DNA from: Gloeobacterales cyanobacterium
GTDB taxonomy: Bacteria > Cyanobacteriota > Cyanobacteriia > Gloeobacterales > PMM-0068
NCBI GenBank assembly: GCA_038245785.1
Contig: JBBRSB010000012.1
Span: 1-64,000, forward strand
DNA length: 64,000 nucleotides
Direction of reading: 5' to 3'
Under the pieces are notes generated by a model. That model was not told where the DNA came from. It saw nothing but the letters and a program-made list of their open reading frames with translations, and did not search any database. Position numbers and translations under genes: made by a program. Shown in pieces: positions 37,925 through 48,134 of this stretch. Numbering within the stretch: position 1 is the stretch's first letter; the number at the start of each line of letters is the position of its first letter.

Positions 37925-39205
37925 CTAGACTTTGGACTTGCTAACAGCCCAGTCCTTACCAATTTTTACCGTTACATCAGAGAGAATATTGCCGGTGGCT
38001 TCTACCTTGATGTCTCCAAGCCCTAGTTCCTGTTGAACAAGTTCAGCAGGCGCTTTCTCGCCCTGTTGCGCGACGATCTCAGTATGCCAAATCGGGTCTA
38101 TCTGGTCACTCAAGGCTCCAAGGTTTGTAAATCCCTGCTTTCTAAGATACTTTCTGGCTCTCTGCAAAGCTGTAGGGTCACCGCTGCAGTTCTGTAAGAC
38201 GATGCGAATCTGACTAGGACGTAGCTCTGCGAGTTGAGTCTGGTTATCTCCCCAGGCAAAATATTGGTTTACAAGACCAGGAATTCTACTTTCCGTAGGG
38301 AGCCAGTAGCTAGCATTAAACTCTCCGGGACGGCTAAAGCGCCCTGGCAGCATGACAAGCTGTAGGTCTCTATCTGGTTTGACCCTAAGACCAAACTGAG
38401 CAAGGGACAGTAAATCTTCTAGCGATAGATCCGTATCAATATTTGCTTTGAGGACTTCGACAATTTGAGGTAAGCGGGTGAGTACATCGGGGCTGGCCAC
38501 TTTTTGGGCCAAAGCTTTAATTACTTGCTGTTGACGCTGGACACGACCGATATCCCCTAATTCATCGTGACGGAAGCGCATGAATTTTTGGGCATCAAGA
38601 CCGCCTAAGGTCTGCCATCCTTGGGAAATGTTGATATAGAGATGCTGGGAATCGTCGTTGTACTTGATCGCTTTTGGAAGGTAGACCCGAACACCTCCTA
38701 CGGCATTAACCAAATCAATGACCCCTAGGGTATTGATCCGCACATAGCGGTCAATCGGGACATCGTTCAAATTCTGGCTAATCGTTGGGGCCGCCAGCAG
38801 AATGCCTCCCCGCTGGTTTGCTTCGTTTGCCTTGCGTTTGCCTACTCCTTCGATGGTGAAACGACTATCGCGGGGAACGGACAGCACGTTGACTTTATTT
38901 TGCTCTGGGTCTAAGTGAGCCAGGAGAATCGTATCGGAGCGTCCATCAAGGGAGCTGGTTGCAGCTTTAAACCCGGTCTTAGTGGCGGATTTGCTAGCTA
39001 CTACGTCGGTTCCAAGAACCAGGATATTCATCGAGCGGTCTAGACGATTTCCACCGGAGCGCAACTTTTCAAGGACTGCTTGTTGTTCAGGTTTGAGGCT
39101 ACTAAAGGGGCGCGTATTGGGTAGCCACATAGCGGCCAAGGCACCTAGAGAAACAAATAGACAAAAGCAGGGGACCGCAAAAAGTAGCCAGCGTTTCATG
39201 AACAA
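37925..39205 (-). CDS. LCP (LytR/CpsA/Psr) family protein
   Basis: GRSDTILL, SVPRDS, RFRHDELGDIGRVQRQQ. Confidence 0.9.
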   Translation of the reverse strand: MFMKRWLLFAVPCFCLFVSLGALAAMWLPNTRPFSSLKPEQQAVLEKLRSGGNRLDRSMNILVLGTDVVASKSATKTGFKAATSSLDGRSDTILLAHLDPEQNKVNVLSVPRDSRFTIEGVGKRKANEANQRGGILLAAPTISQNLNDVPIDRYVRINTLGVIDLVNAVGGVRVYLPKAIKYNDDSQHLYINISQGWQTLGGLDAQKFMRFRHDELGDIGRVQRQQQVIKALAQKVASPDVLTRLPQIVEVLKANIDTDLSLEDLLSLAQFGLRVKPDRDLQLVMLPGRFSRPGEFNASYWLPTESRIPGLVNQYFAWGDNQTQLAELRPSQIRIVLQNCSGDPTALQRARKYLRKQGFTNLGALSDQIDPIWHTEIVAQQGEKAPAELVQQELGLGDIKVEATGNILSDVTVKIGKDWAVSKSKV

Positions 39206-39438
39206 AGTCTCGAATACCCAAGATGGGCGAGTGATGTACCGATATGGACGTGGTATTCAACGAGCAGGTTGCCCATAAAAATTTAGTTAGGTGAGGTTAG
39301 GCGGTTAAACGGTATGCTGCGCCAAGAGAAATGCGTACTTTCTAGACGGATTATAACGCAGCGCTAGGGTTGTTCTGTGTCGAAATTAGCCGAAGCTGCA
39401 TCAGTCAAAGCCAAATTAGTGAAGGGAGAAGTAAAGTA

Positions 39439-40389
39439 ATGCAGGCTGTAATCGTTGCTGGTGGGAAAGGGACTCGTCTACGTCCGCTTACCTATGCCAC
39501 CCCGAAACCTATGATTCCCCTTTTTGACCGTCCTTTCTTACAGGTGCTCGTCGAAAGGTGCCGGGAAGTGGGGATCACGGACATTCTTCTGAATGTCCGC
39601 TATGGAGCTGAGCATATTCAGCGTTATTTCCAGGACGGTAGTCCATTCGGGGTCAAAGTCCGCTACAGCTTGGAAACAGAGGCTTTAGATACCTGTGGTG
39701 CGGTCAAGCTGGCGGAAGAATATTTCACGGGGGAGACCCTGCTGGTTTTCAATGCCGATATTCTGACTAATCTGGATCTAAGAGCGCTGATCGCGGCCCA
39801 TCAGTCAGCGCAAGCAAAAGCAACTATTGCTCTTTATCGCGTGCAAGACCCCACAGCTTACGGTCTGGTAGAGCTTGAGCCAGCAACAACGGCAGCACAA
39901 CCTGTCCGCGCCTTCCGCGAAAAACCAACGGCAGAGGAGGCCGCTCTCCTGGGCATCGATACGATCAATGCAGGCACTTACGTGATGGAGCCAGAAGTTT
40001 TTCTGGAAGTGCCTGCGGGTGAACCTTGGAGTATGGAGCGTCAACTGTTCCCCTCTCTGGTCAGCAAAGGAGCCGTTTTTGGATTTCCCTATGAAGGCTA
40101 TTGGATGGATATTGGCAATCCCCAAAAATATCTGCAGGCGCATCTGGATATTCTCTCTGGCGACATGCCCTATTCGCTGGAAGCCCAAGAGATGGCTCCT
40201 CAGGTTTGGGTAGCAGAAGGGGTAGAAATTGCTCCTGAAGCCAAACTCCAAGGTCCTTGCTATATCGGCCCCTATAGTCAGATAGGTCCCAAGGCGGTGA
40301 TCCCAGCGAATACGCTGGTGGGGAGAGGAGCCCTGATCAATAGTGCGTTGACGCCTGGAGTCTATCCAGCGGGGACCTGGGTTTATTAA
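39439..40389 (+). CDS. NDP-sugar pyrophosphorylase (mannose-1-P guanylyltransferase-like)
   Basis: AGGKGTRLRPLT...PKP, FREKP, YWMDIG. Confidence 0.88.
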   Translation: MQAVIVAGGKGTRLRPLTYATPKPMIPLFDRPFLQVLVERCREVGITDILLNVRYGAEHIQRYFQDGSPFGVKVRYSLETEALDTCGAVKLAEEYFTGETLLVFNADILTNLDLRALIAAHQSAQAKATIALYRVQDPTAYGLVELEPATTAAQPVRAFREKPTAEEAALLGIDTINAGTYVMEPEVFLEVPAGEPWSMERQLFPSLVSKGAVFGFPYEGYWMDIGNPQKYLQAHLDILSGDMPYSLEAQEMAPQVWVAEGVEIAPEAKLQGPCYIGPYSQIGPKAVIPANTLVGRGALINSALTPGVYPAGTWVY

Positions 40390-40392
40390 AGG

Positions 40393-40722
40393 ACCCCTCA
40401 GTCCCTACGGGACAGCTCCCCACCCTGCGGGAAGGCTTCGCCTACGAAGGGGAGACTTCTCTGAGACTAGAGAAAGCTGCGGGTGCAGAGTTAGAACTGG
40501 ATATATGCCGAATGCGCGGTAGCCCTACTCTTGCTGAGCATAAGTCCTGGCAGCACTTGCTCCTATAGTAATTCTCGAAAGTCTAAGTCTGCGAGTAGTC
40601 CGCTTCAGACATGAGGAAGTGAGCTGTCGCTTTGGCAGCGTCTGTGCCCAAATCCAAGTGCTCTATCTGCTTCCAGAAGAGGCTCCCCTCCCAGGGGAGC
40701 TGTCCCGTAGGGACTGAGGGGT
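40393..40722. mobile_element. REP-bounded element: 29-bp perfect inverted repeats flanking a DUF559-like gene remnant
   Basis: ACCCCTCAGTCCCTACGGGACAGCTCCCC at 40393-40421 and its exact reverse complement at 40694-40722. Confidence 0.75.
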
Positions 40723-40763
40723 TGGCCTGTAGACTGTAAATGTCGGCTCTTTGTAAAGTACAC

Positions 40764-41981
40764 ATGATCCCCGTAGAAGAAGCCCAGGCTCTGGTTTTAG
40801 GCTCGATAAAGCCTCTTGGCACTGAACGGGTGGATTTATTTTCTGCTCTAAATCGAGTTTTGGCAGAACCTGTTTTTTCGTCCCTTGATTTTCCGCGCTG
40901 GCATAGTTCAGTCATGGATGGCTATGCTGTTCGCTCCGACGACTTGAGAACAACGCCTGTAAACCTTCCCATTGTGGAAGAAATCTCTGCTGGAACTATT
41001 CCTAAACATCAACTGGCCGCAGGGGAAACAAGTCGTATCTTCACCGGAGCGATGATGCCGGAGGGAGCCGATGCGGTCGTGATTCAAGAGAATACGACGG
41101 CTAACCCCGATGGCACCGTGTGCATTCTTAAGCCCATAAAAGCTGGGGCCAATACGGTGAGGCAAGGAGCGCATCTAAAAGCAGGAGATTTGCTCATGCC
41201 CGCCGGAACCGTGCTGCATGCTCCAGAAATTGGCATTCTCAGCAGTGTTGGTCAAAGTTTTGTATCCGTCTATCGTCGCCCGGTGGTGGCGATTCTGTCT
41301 ACAGGCAATGAGTTGGTTGCCCTTGGTTCTGAGATTGGCTCCGGACAAATTATCGACTCGAATCAGTATGCTTTAGCGGCTCAAGTCATTGAAGCAGGAG
41401 CGATCCCCCGCTTGTTAGGTGTTGTGAAGGATGACATTCCATCGCTAAAAAAGGCAATCCAACAGGTTTTAGACGCTGATTTCATTCTCAGCTCTGGGGG
41501 CGTTTCGGTGGGAGATTATGACCATGTGAAGCCCGTTCTCCAGGAGTTGGGGGCCGAAATTCTTTTTCAGAAAATTCGGGTCAAACCAGGAAAACCGCTT
41601 ACTTTTGCCTTGTTGAATGGGGTCGCTTACTGGGGCCTGCCAGGAAATCCTGTCTCTTGCTTAGTAGGCTTCTGGTTAACTGTTTATCCAGCGATTCGCA
41701 AGAGTATGGGCTATCCCGAAAGCCTGCAAAAACTCCCAGTGGTCTCTGCAAGCCTGACCGAAACGGCGGAAGGCACAGGCGAAAGAGAAACCTATAGCCG
41801 AGGAGTCTTATTTCAACAGGAAGAAAAGCTCTATTTCACCCCTCGCTCTTCCCATGCTTCCGGTAATCAGGTGAACCTACAGGGCATTAACGGTTTTGGC
41901 ATTGTTCCGGTGGGGATTGAAAAAATTGACAAGAATATGGAAATTCGTGTTCTTCAAGTCGCAGCTGTCCAAGTCCGCTAA
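40764..41981 (+). CDS. moeA: Molybdopterin molybdenumtransferase
   Basis: SVMDGYA, RIFTGA, STGNEL, SGGVSVGDYD, LPGNPVS. Confidence 0.95.
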   Translation: MIPVEEAQALVLGSIKPLGTERVDLFSALNRVLAEPVFSSLDFPRWHSSVMDGYAVRSDDLRTTPVNLPIVEEISAGTIPKHQLAAGETSRIFTGAMMPEGADAVVIQENTTANPDGTVCILKPIKAGANTVRQGAHLKAGDLLMPAGTVLHAPEIGILSSVGQSFVSVYRRPVVAILSTGNELVALGSEIGSGQIIDSNQYALAAQVIEAGAIPRLLGVVKDDIPSLKKAIQQVLDADFILSSGGVSVGDYDHVKPVLQELGAEILFQKIRVKPGKPLTFALLNGVAYWGLPGNPVSCLVGFWLTVYPAIRKSMGYPESLQKLPVVSASLTETAEGTGERETYSRGVLFQQEEKLYFTPRSSHASGNQVNLQGINGFGIVPVGIEKIDKNMEIRVLQVAAVQVR

Positions 41982-42029
41982 AACAGCTACCACAGCCTGT
42001 TAGTATCGGGTTGCTTCTATTCCCGCTTC

Positions 42030-43598
42030 ATGGCTGATCGCCCTGCGCCCAAGTCTCTATTAAGAGCTGCCTCTCTAATCGTGGTGGTCACGTTGCTGAG
42101 CAAAGTGGCTGGCTTAGTGCGAGCACAAGCGATGACGGCCCAATACGGCCTGTCTCCAGCACTCGACGCGTTCAATCTCGCCTACAGCCTTCCCGCCTTT
42201 TTTCTAATTATTCTGGGGGGAGTCAATGGCCCTTTCCACAGTGCGATTGTCAGCGTGTTATCTAAAGATTCTGAAGACAAAGTACGGGCCATCGAAACTC
42301 TAAATACGCTAGTCGCTTTAGCTTTTGGTGCGGCTACTGTCGGCATCATGGCTGCTGCCCCGTGGATTGTCGGTTTTGTTGCTCAAGGAGCGTCGGCAGA
42401 GGTCCAGACTATCGCTGTGCAAGATATGAGAATTATGGCCCCTCTTGCTTTCATTGCTGGACAAGTGGGGCTGGGCTTCGGAGTACTGACTACGGCCAAT
42501 AGCTATATCCTGCCTTCCTTGAGTCCTATCCTCTCCAGTGGCGCTGTCATTGTCGCTATTTTGTTTTTTGCCAAGGACTATGGGGCACAAGTGCTGGCTT
42601 GGGGGACTTTGGCTGGAGCACTGCTGCAATGGTTTGCCCAGATCCCTTTGCAATGGAAGTTAGGCTTGGGCTCTGTGCGGCCTCGTCTCGATTGGCGCTT
42701 ACCCCAAGTTCGTCAGGTGATGAAGCTGATGGCCCCTGCCACCTTGAGTTCTATGCTGGCTAACTTAAATACCTATACCGATCAGTATTTCGCCTCTTTT
42801 CTCGGAGCTGGAGTAATTGGGGGCCTGCCTACTGCTAATTTGTTGGTGCAAACCCCACAAGGTATTTTGTCTAATGCCTTTTTGATTCCACTCTTGCCTG
42901 TCTATAGTCGCCTGAGTGGAGAGGAAGACCGCCCTGAGCTGCTTACTAAGATTCGGCAGGGGTTGCTTACCTTGGCTATAGGAGTGCTGCCGCTCATGGC
43001 TTTTTGCATAGCCTTGAGTGAGCCAATTGTCCAAATTATTTATCAGCGTGGAGCATTTGACCCAAAAGCGACGCAGTTAGTATCTGGTCTATTTACTGCC
43101 GGTACGGTGGGAATGTTCAGCTTTTTGGGCCGAGATTTGATGATTCGACTCTTCTACGTATTAGGAGATGGCAAAACGCCCTTGATCATGAGCTTTCTGG
43201 GAATTGCTTCAAATCTTGCCTTGGATTTTCTATTTGTTAAATGGATAGGGGCACCCGGAATTCCTTTGGCAACGGCTGGTGTGACCACGATCACCTTTGT
43301 TGGACTAGCCTGGTTATTTAGAAAGAAAGTAGGGCCTTTGGGATGGCGCTCAGGTCTGGTGGGACCTTTAGCGATTCTGGCTTTAGGCGCAGGGATCACA
43401 GGCCTTCTAACATGGGGCGCTTACATAGGGCTACAAAATTTCTGGCCCATAGAAAACTTTTTCGCCGTACTGACCAAACTCCTGATCGCTCTGGGCGTTG
43501 GGCTCGCCAGTCAAGTCCTGTGGCTATGGCGTTTAGATTTTCCGGAAATCACGCTCTTTAAAAATCAAATACTGCGCCGCTTCAAAAAAACTGTCTAG
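42030..43598 (+). CDS. murJ: Lipid II flippase MurJ
   Basis: LSKVAGLVR, GGVNGPFHSA, YQRGAFD; multi-TM. Confidence 0.92.
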   Translation: MADRPAPKSLLRAASLIVVVTLLSKVAGLVRAQAMTAQYGLSPALDAFNLAYSLPAFFLIILGGVNGPFHSAIVSVLSKDSEDKVRAIETLNTLVALAFGAATVGIMAAAPWIVGFVAQGASAEVQTIAVQDMRIMAPLAFIAGQVGLGFGVLTTANSYILPSLSPILSSGAVIVAILFFAKDYGAQVLAWGTLAGALLQWFAQIPLQWKLGLGSVRPRLDWRLPQVRQVMKLMAPATLSSMLANLNTYTDQYFASFLGAGVIGGLPTANLLVQTPQGILSNAFLIPLLPVYSRLSGEEDRPELLTKIRQGLLTLAIGVLPLMAFCIALSEPIVQIIYQRGAFDPKATQLVSGLFTAGTVGMFSFLGRDLMIRLFYVLGDGKTPLIMSFLGIASNLALDFLFVKWIGAPGIPLATAGVTTITFVGLAWLFRKKVGPLGWRSGLVGPLAILALGAGITGLLTWGAYIGLQNFWPIENFFAVLTKLLIALGVGLASQVLWLWRLDFPEITLFKNQILRRFKKTV

Positions 43599-43846
43599 AT
43601 GGCAACCAAATCAAAACGGTAGTTCTCAATCACTGGATTGGCCAAAAGCTTGTCGCTGATTTGGTCTACCTGTTGGCGGGCAAGCTCTTCACTGTCCGCT
43701 TCTAACTCCATCTGCACATACTTGCCGACCCGCACTTCCTCAACTTGGGCATAGCCCATTTGCTGGAGGCCAGCACGGACGGCTACGCCCTGGGGATCAA
43801 GGACAGAGGGGCGCAGAGTAATTTGGACAGTGGCACGAAATTTCAT
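43595..43846 (-). CDS. purS: FGAM synthase subunit PurS
   Basis: VLDPQG, VRVGK, LLANPVIE. Confidence 0.95.
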   Translation of the reverse strand: MKFRATVQITLRPSVLDPQGVAVRAGLQQMGYAQVEEVRVGKYVQMELEADSEELARQQVDQISDKLLANPVIENYRFDLVAI

Positions 43847-43949
43847 GAAAGCATCTTAGCGAAGTCAAACTGTATCGTGACATATTCCTGACCAGGGTCG
43901 AGTAGTTAAGGTTAGGATCTTGAATAGTAAATGAAATGGGCTAAAAATC

Positions 43950-44270
43950 ATGAAAGGCAAGCAACAGCTATTTTTTCCCCATCTCGTTGGCTCTAAGTGG
44001 ACGGCAACGCAGTCTATCCAAGGATGGCGGCACTATCAGGTGCATGCCCGAGAAGACCGTAAACCCTTTACCTTTGCCTTGATGCGCTCTGTGGTGGATG
44101 AAAAAGTTCAGTTTTGGGTGAATGCTAAAGTGCTTAAAGACCGAAGCCAATGGGAGGCAGGCTGGAAAGAGATTGTTTTAGTCGAACCTTGCAGCGTAGT
44201 AGGCCGTCAAGAAGAAGTACTAGACAAGCCAAATGAGCGTAGTACAATCCAGAGCGTCACTCAACCCTAA
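43950..44270 (+). CDS. Trp-rich conserved protein (TIGR02450-like)
   Basis: LVGSKWTA...GWRHYQV...FWVNA...W.AGW. Confidence 0.75.
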   Translation: MKGKQQLFFPHLVGSKWTATQSIQGWRHYQVHAREDRKPFTFALMRSVVDEKVQFWVNAKVLKDRSQWEAGWKEIVLVEPCSVVGRQEEVLDKPNERSTIQSVTQP

Positions 44271-44273
44271 ACC

Positions 44274-44513
44274 ATGAAGCAATATTGGGACAACTTTCTA
44301 CTCTGGGTCATGGCCGCGATTGGCCTTTTTTTCCTATGGTTTGTGGTGGCTGTTGTTGGCAATACCCTAGGACTCAATTTGGGTCTTGCTCTGTGGCGTT
44401 CTTTGTGGACTCCGGTGATTAATCCCTTGCTTGGGATTTTCTTTCTCGGCGTATTAGTCAGCTTTGTCTCAAACAAACTCAAGCAGGTTTTGGGTTCTCA
44501 AGGGCGCACTTGA
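44274..44513 (+). CDS. Small membrane protein
   Basis: Two hydrophobic segments; 3 bp after the previous gene. Confidence 0.6.
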   Translation: MKQYWDNFLLWVMAAIGLFFLWFVVAVVGNTLGLNLGLALWRSLWTPVINPLLGIFFLGVLVSFVSNKLKQVLGSQGRT

Positions 44514-44614
44514 TACAGTTAGTGTACCTGCACGGTCTCGGTTTAAATGAGGTATCTTTATTGGGCTTACCATCATTATTTCTATATGAATCTTCAAATT
44601 AATTCTATGGAGCC

Positions 44615-45109
44615 TTGGGCGTGAATTCCGGCAATGGTAATGATAATCTCCCTCCGGCAATTCCTCCCTCCAAAGGGAATGTACCTGGGCAAACGCCAAA
44701 ATCAGATGCGAGAAGAAAAAATAAGCGGGCTAAACAGTCTGGCCAGAAAATCACGCCCTCAGAGCCTGTTCTTCCAGAGATAAAGCAGCGGTCCAATCCG
44801 CCTTCTCCACCTTCTGTTCCTCCTCCTTCATCTATCCCTTTTGCTCAACAGCCCAAGCCTGCTGAACTGCCTAAACCTCGTCCAACAAAGCCTTATCCGT
44901 TCAAATTAGTAATTACGCTGCTCGTAATTTTCCTCATTGCTTTGGCGGGTTTTGGTTTATTTTCGCTGGTGAGTCCTGACGGGAGAAGCATTAAAGTTTT
45001 TACAGAGCCTACGGCTGACCAATTAGACCTGACAAAGCAGTCCAATCTATCCGTTCCTGCTTCTCTTGTGTCTAATCCATCGGTGGCACCCAAAGGCCAG
45101 AAAAACTGA
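44615..45109 (+). CDS. Pro-rich single-TM hypothetical protein
   Basis: Pro-rich N-terminus, TM LVITLLVIFLIALAGFGLF. Confidence 0.55.
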   Translation: MGVNSGNGNDNLPPAIPPSKGNVPGQTPKSDARRKNKRAKQSGQKITPSEPVLPEIKQRSNPPSPPSVPPPSSIPFAQQPKPAELPKPRPTKPYPFKLVITLLVIFLIALAGFGLFSLVSPDGRSIKVFTEPTADQLDLTKQSNLSVPASLVSNPSVAPKGQKN

Positions 45110-45128
45110 AGTATAGCTCTGCCAAATT

Positions 45129-45779
45129 TTAGATATGACCGCTCTCAATAGCCCAGCGCGTTAATTCTGTCCGGTTGGTCAGCGTAGTTTTTTGGAGCAT
45201 ATTGCTGACATGGCTTTCCACGGTTCGCTGAGAGACGCCCATTTCTTTGGCAATCTCTTTGTTGGACAGCCCACGAGCCACATAGCGGAGTACTTTCCCT
45301 TCCGTGGTGGTGAGTTCCACATCAAACTGAATAGCGATGGCTGGTTCACCCAAATTTCGCCATCCATCTTGACCACTACCTGACGTCTGTACATGCTCAG
45401 AACGGCGGAGCAAGGCTTCCGTCAAAGCTACCAACTCATCAGGCTCAAAAGGCTTTACCAAATAGGCATCTCCGCCTTCCTTGAGCCCTCTAATTCGGTC
45501 ATTGACCTCTCCCTTAGCAGAAAGAAAAATAACAGGAAGAACTTCCCGACCAGGCATTGCTCGCAGCGTGCGCACGAACTCATACCCATCCATTTGGGGC
45601 ATCATGACGTCACAAACAATCAAGTCAGGAGGACGAGACTCGCGTGCGAGTCGACCTAGAACTTCGATGCCTTGCTTTCCGTTAGCCGCTCGGCTCAATT
45701 GATAACCTCGCTCTTCTAGAAAGTCTCCCATCAGAAGTAGGAATCGCGTGTCATCGTCTATAAGCAGAAGGTGTTTCAT
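45129..45779 (-). CDS. NarL/LuxR-family response regulator
   Basis: LLIDDD, CDVMMP, KPF; HTH GLSNKEIA...RTVESHVSN. Confidence 0.92.
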   Translation of the reverse strand: MKHLLLIDDDTRFLLLMGDFLEERGYQLSRAANGKQGIEVLGRLARESRPPDLIVCDVMMPQMDGYEFVRTLRAMPGREVLPVIFLSAKGEVNDRIRGLKEGGDAYLVKPFEPDELVALTEALLRRSEHVQTSGSGQDGWRNLGEPAIAIQFDVELTTTEGKVLRYVARGLSNKEIAKEMGVSQRTVESHVSNMLQKTTLTNRTELTRWAIESGHI

Positions 45780-46820
45780 ATTTCTGTTAGCCCATCGACA
45801 TCTAAGTAAGGTGTAATCATTTGAGAAAGTTTGAGGAGCTGTATGGTCTATCAAGCATGAAAAGTCGATTGGATCCCGCTAGTGGAGAGAAAACCGATGG
45901 CGGCCCCTGTTGAATGGCCTGGATGCCTCATATCTTATGGTTAAACCAGTCCTAATGTCCAAATCCTTTTGCAAGGAGCTGGAATCATTTTCAAGACCAC
46001 GAACTTGCTCTTGAAAATGTTTGCAGATGGTTCGAGCGGGATAGGACATGGATGCTACTCTTGGTTCCGTTAATTTAGCCAAGGAGAAGAAACTTATCTA
46101 ACCAGCTAGGCCTCATGATTTTTCGAAGCTATCCAACGGTGGTTGGGAGCATGCGAAAAGGTTGGTGTTGCTGGTTTCCACTCTGCGAGGATACATGTAT
46201 TGTTCCCTCATTTTTGGGAATATTAACATTAGTTGGTAAAAATTTGAATCCTTTTGAGTGAGTAGAGGATTAATTTTTCATTTATTTTAGGAAAGATTAT
46301 GCCTTGCAGGAATGGAACTTAATACTGAGCCTATTGTGATGAACACAAATATTCTGTAACTATGGCTGCAAGAGAAGTCTTCTTTGCGTGTGCAGTTGTC
46401 AGAATGATCAATAGTTCGACTAAAGTTTTAGATACTTACCTTATGCGATAGACAATTTCTATTTTGACAATAGAATAACTTGATATCACGAAATTAAAAT
46501 TGAATATATGAAAAATATCCAGTAGAAATTCATTCAATCAGCTTAGCTGATTAGTTCACTTTTATCCTCCCTAAGCAGTTAGTTTGCAAAACTCCATATT
46601 CCTCTATGACTCTATGTATCCATCACTACACGGAGTGCGCTTTCTTCTTTAACTGATTCTTCGGGTTAATAGCAGGTTAACTAAAATTCAGAAATACTGA
46701 GCGCATTTTTGCTCTGTCCCTACCTGTCACTACTCAGCACAAGTTACAACGAGTTTTGTGAAGATTGTGCTAAGAGCTTATACAAAGTACTATCTCTTTT
46801 TTGCTCTGTGCTCTTCGTCT

Positions 46821-47609
46821 TTACTTGCTATTTCGATAAAAAGTTTCTAAACTCGCTGGATCTCCGATGAATCTCCAATGCCAGGGTTCATAGCTAACCC
46901 CTTGCTTATTATCTTTGGGGAAAGACATCTCGAAACCAAAGCGGCCTGCATTGTGCTGTAGCCATTCAAAGGCCTTTGTCGTTTCAAAGGTCGGTTCTAC
47001 ATGAGTCTCTGGATAGCTGCCATCTCCAACATCCAGTGCATACCCCGTATGGTGTTCACTATAGCCTGGGGGCGCACTAACCTTGGTCACTTCTATGGCT
47101 TGCCCCATCTTGCCCAGATTGCGGTCAAAGAGACCCTGCTGATAGGCTTTGTCCCGAAAGCCGGAAACAACGACTAAATCTATGCCATCTCTCGTGGCAG
47201 CTCGCTGCATTTCTAAGAATTTGTCAGCGGCCATGGCTCGTAGCATGACCACCTTGCCCTTCGTTTTGGAGACGACGGTCAAGCTAGACAAAGGAGCATC
47301 TGCGTATCGATGGTGACCCAATAGGGTATCAGGGTCCGACGATGCACTGGAGGTAGCGGCAGGGGTGGTTGTCGGTGTCGCAGGCTGAGGCGCGACAGAG
47401 CTAGGCGGACTGGGTACAGAAGCGGTAGGGGAAGAGCTTGAAGGTGGAGAAGCACTAGACAGAAAAAAAGCTATGGCAACGCCTGCGATGCCCACCCCTA
47501 GGCCTATCCAAACTAAAGAAGAGGTGCTTTTCTTTCCTACGGCTCTCTGTGGGGATTTTCTCGCAGCGGCCTCTCGACGAGCTACGGGAATTTCTTGGAA
47601 ATCTTTCAT
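46821..47609 (-). CDS. M15B/VanY D,D-carboxypeptidase
   Basis: SGFR, APPGYSEHHTGYALD, YEPWHWR. Confidence 0.9.
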   Translation of the reverse strand: MKDFQEIPVARREAAARKSPQRAVGKKSTSSLVWIGLGVGIAGVAIAFFLSSASPPSSSSPTASVPSPPSSVAPQPATPTTTPAATSSASSDPDTLLGHHRYADAPLSSLTVVSKTKGKVVMLRAMAADKFLEMQRAATRDGIDLVVVSGFRDKAYQQGLFDRNLGKMGQAIEVTKVSAPPGYSEHHTGYALDVGDGSYPETHVEPTFETTKAFEWLQHNAGRFGFEMSFPKDNKQGVSYEPWHWRFIGDPASLETFYRNSK

Positions 47610-48064
47610 GTCACGATGCTCAGAACGTCTTCCGCGTGCGTTTCAGCTTTGACTTTAGACCAGATATGCGCAATCTTACCGTCTTCATCAATCAGAAAGG
47701 TAGAGCGGTTGACGCCCATGTAGGTTTTGCCCATAAACTTTTTTTCTCCCCAAACGCCGTATGCTCGGGCAATGGCTGCATCGGGGTCCGATAAGAGCGG
47801 AAAAGGAAGGGTGTATTTTTGTGTAAATTTTTGGTGCGCAGCCACAGAATCTTTGCTCACGCCTAGGACGATAATGCCTTGATCCTGATAACGAGACCAT
47901 TGGTCTCTAAATCCACAGGCTTCTTTGGTGCAACCAGGGGTATCGTCTTTGGGATAAAAGTAAAGGACCACTTTTTTACCCTGTAACTGCTCTAGAGCAA
48001 TTTCTTCTCCCGTGGTTGTCAAAGCTTTGAAGGCTGGGGCTGGAACGCCAATATTTAGAGGCAT
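47606..48064 (-). CDS. bcp: Peroxiredoxin Q / BCP
   Basis: YFYPKDDTPGCTKEAC. Confidence 0.95.
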   Translation of the reverse strand: MPLNIGVPAPAFKALTTTGEEIALEQLQGKKVVLYFYPKDDTPGCTKEACGFRDQWSRYQDQGIIVLGVSKDSVAAHQKFTQKYTLPFPLLSDPDAAIARAYGVWGEKKFMGKTYMGVNRSTFLIDEDGKIAHIWSKVKAETHAEDVLSIVT

Positions 48065-48134
48065 GAAACATTAGATGAGTTCCCAAATAGTATAACCTCC
48101 AACCTCTAACGCTATAGGTAGCGATTTAGCTTAG

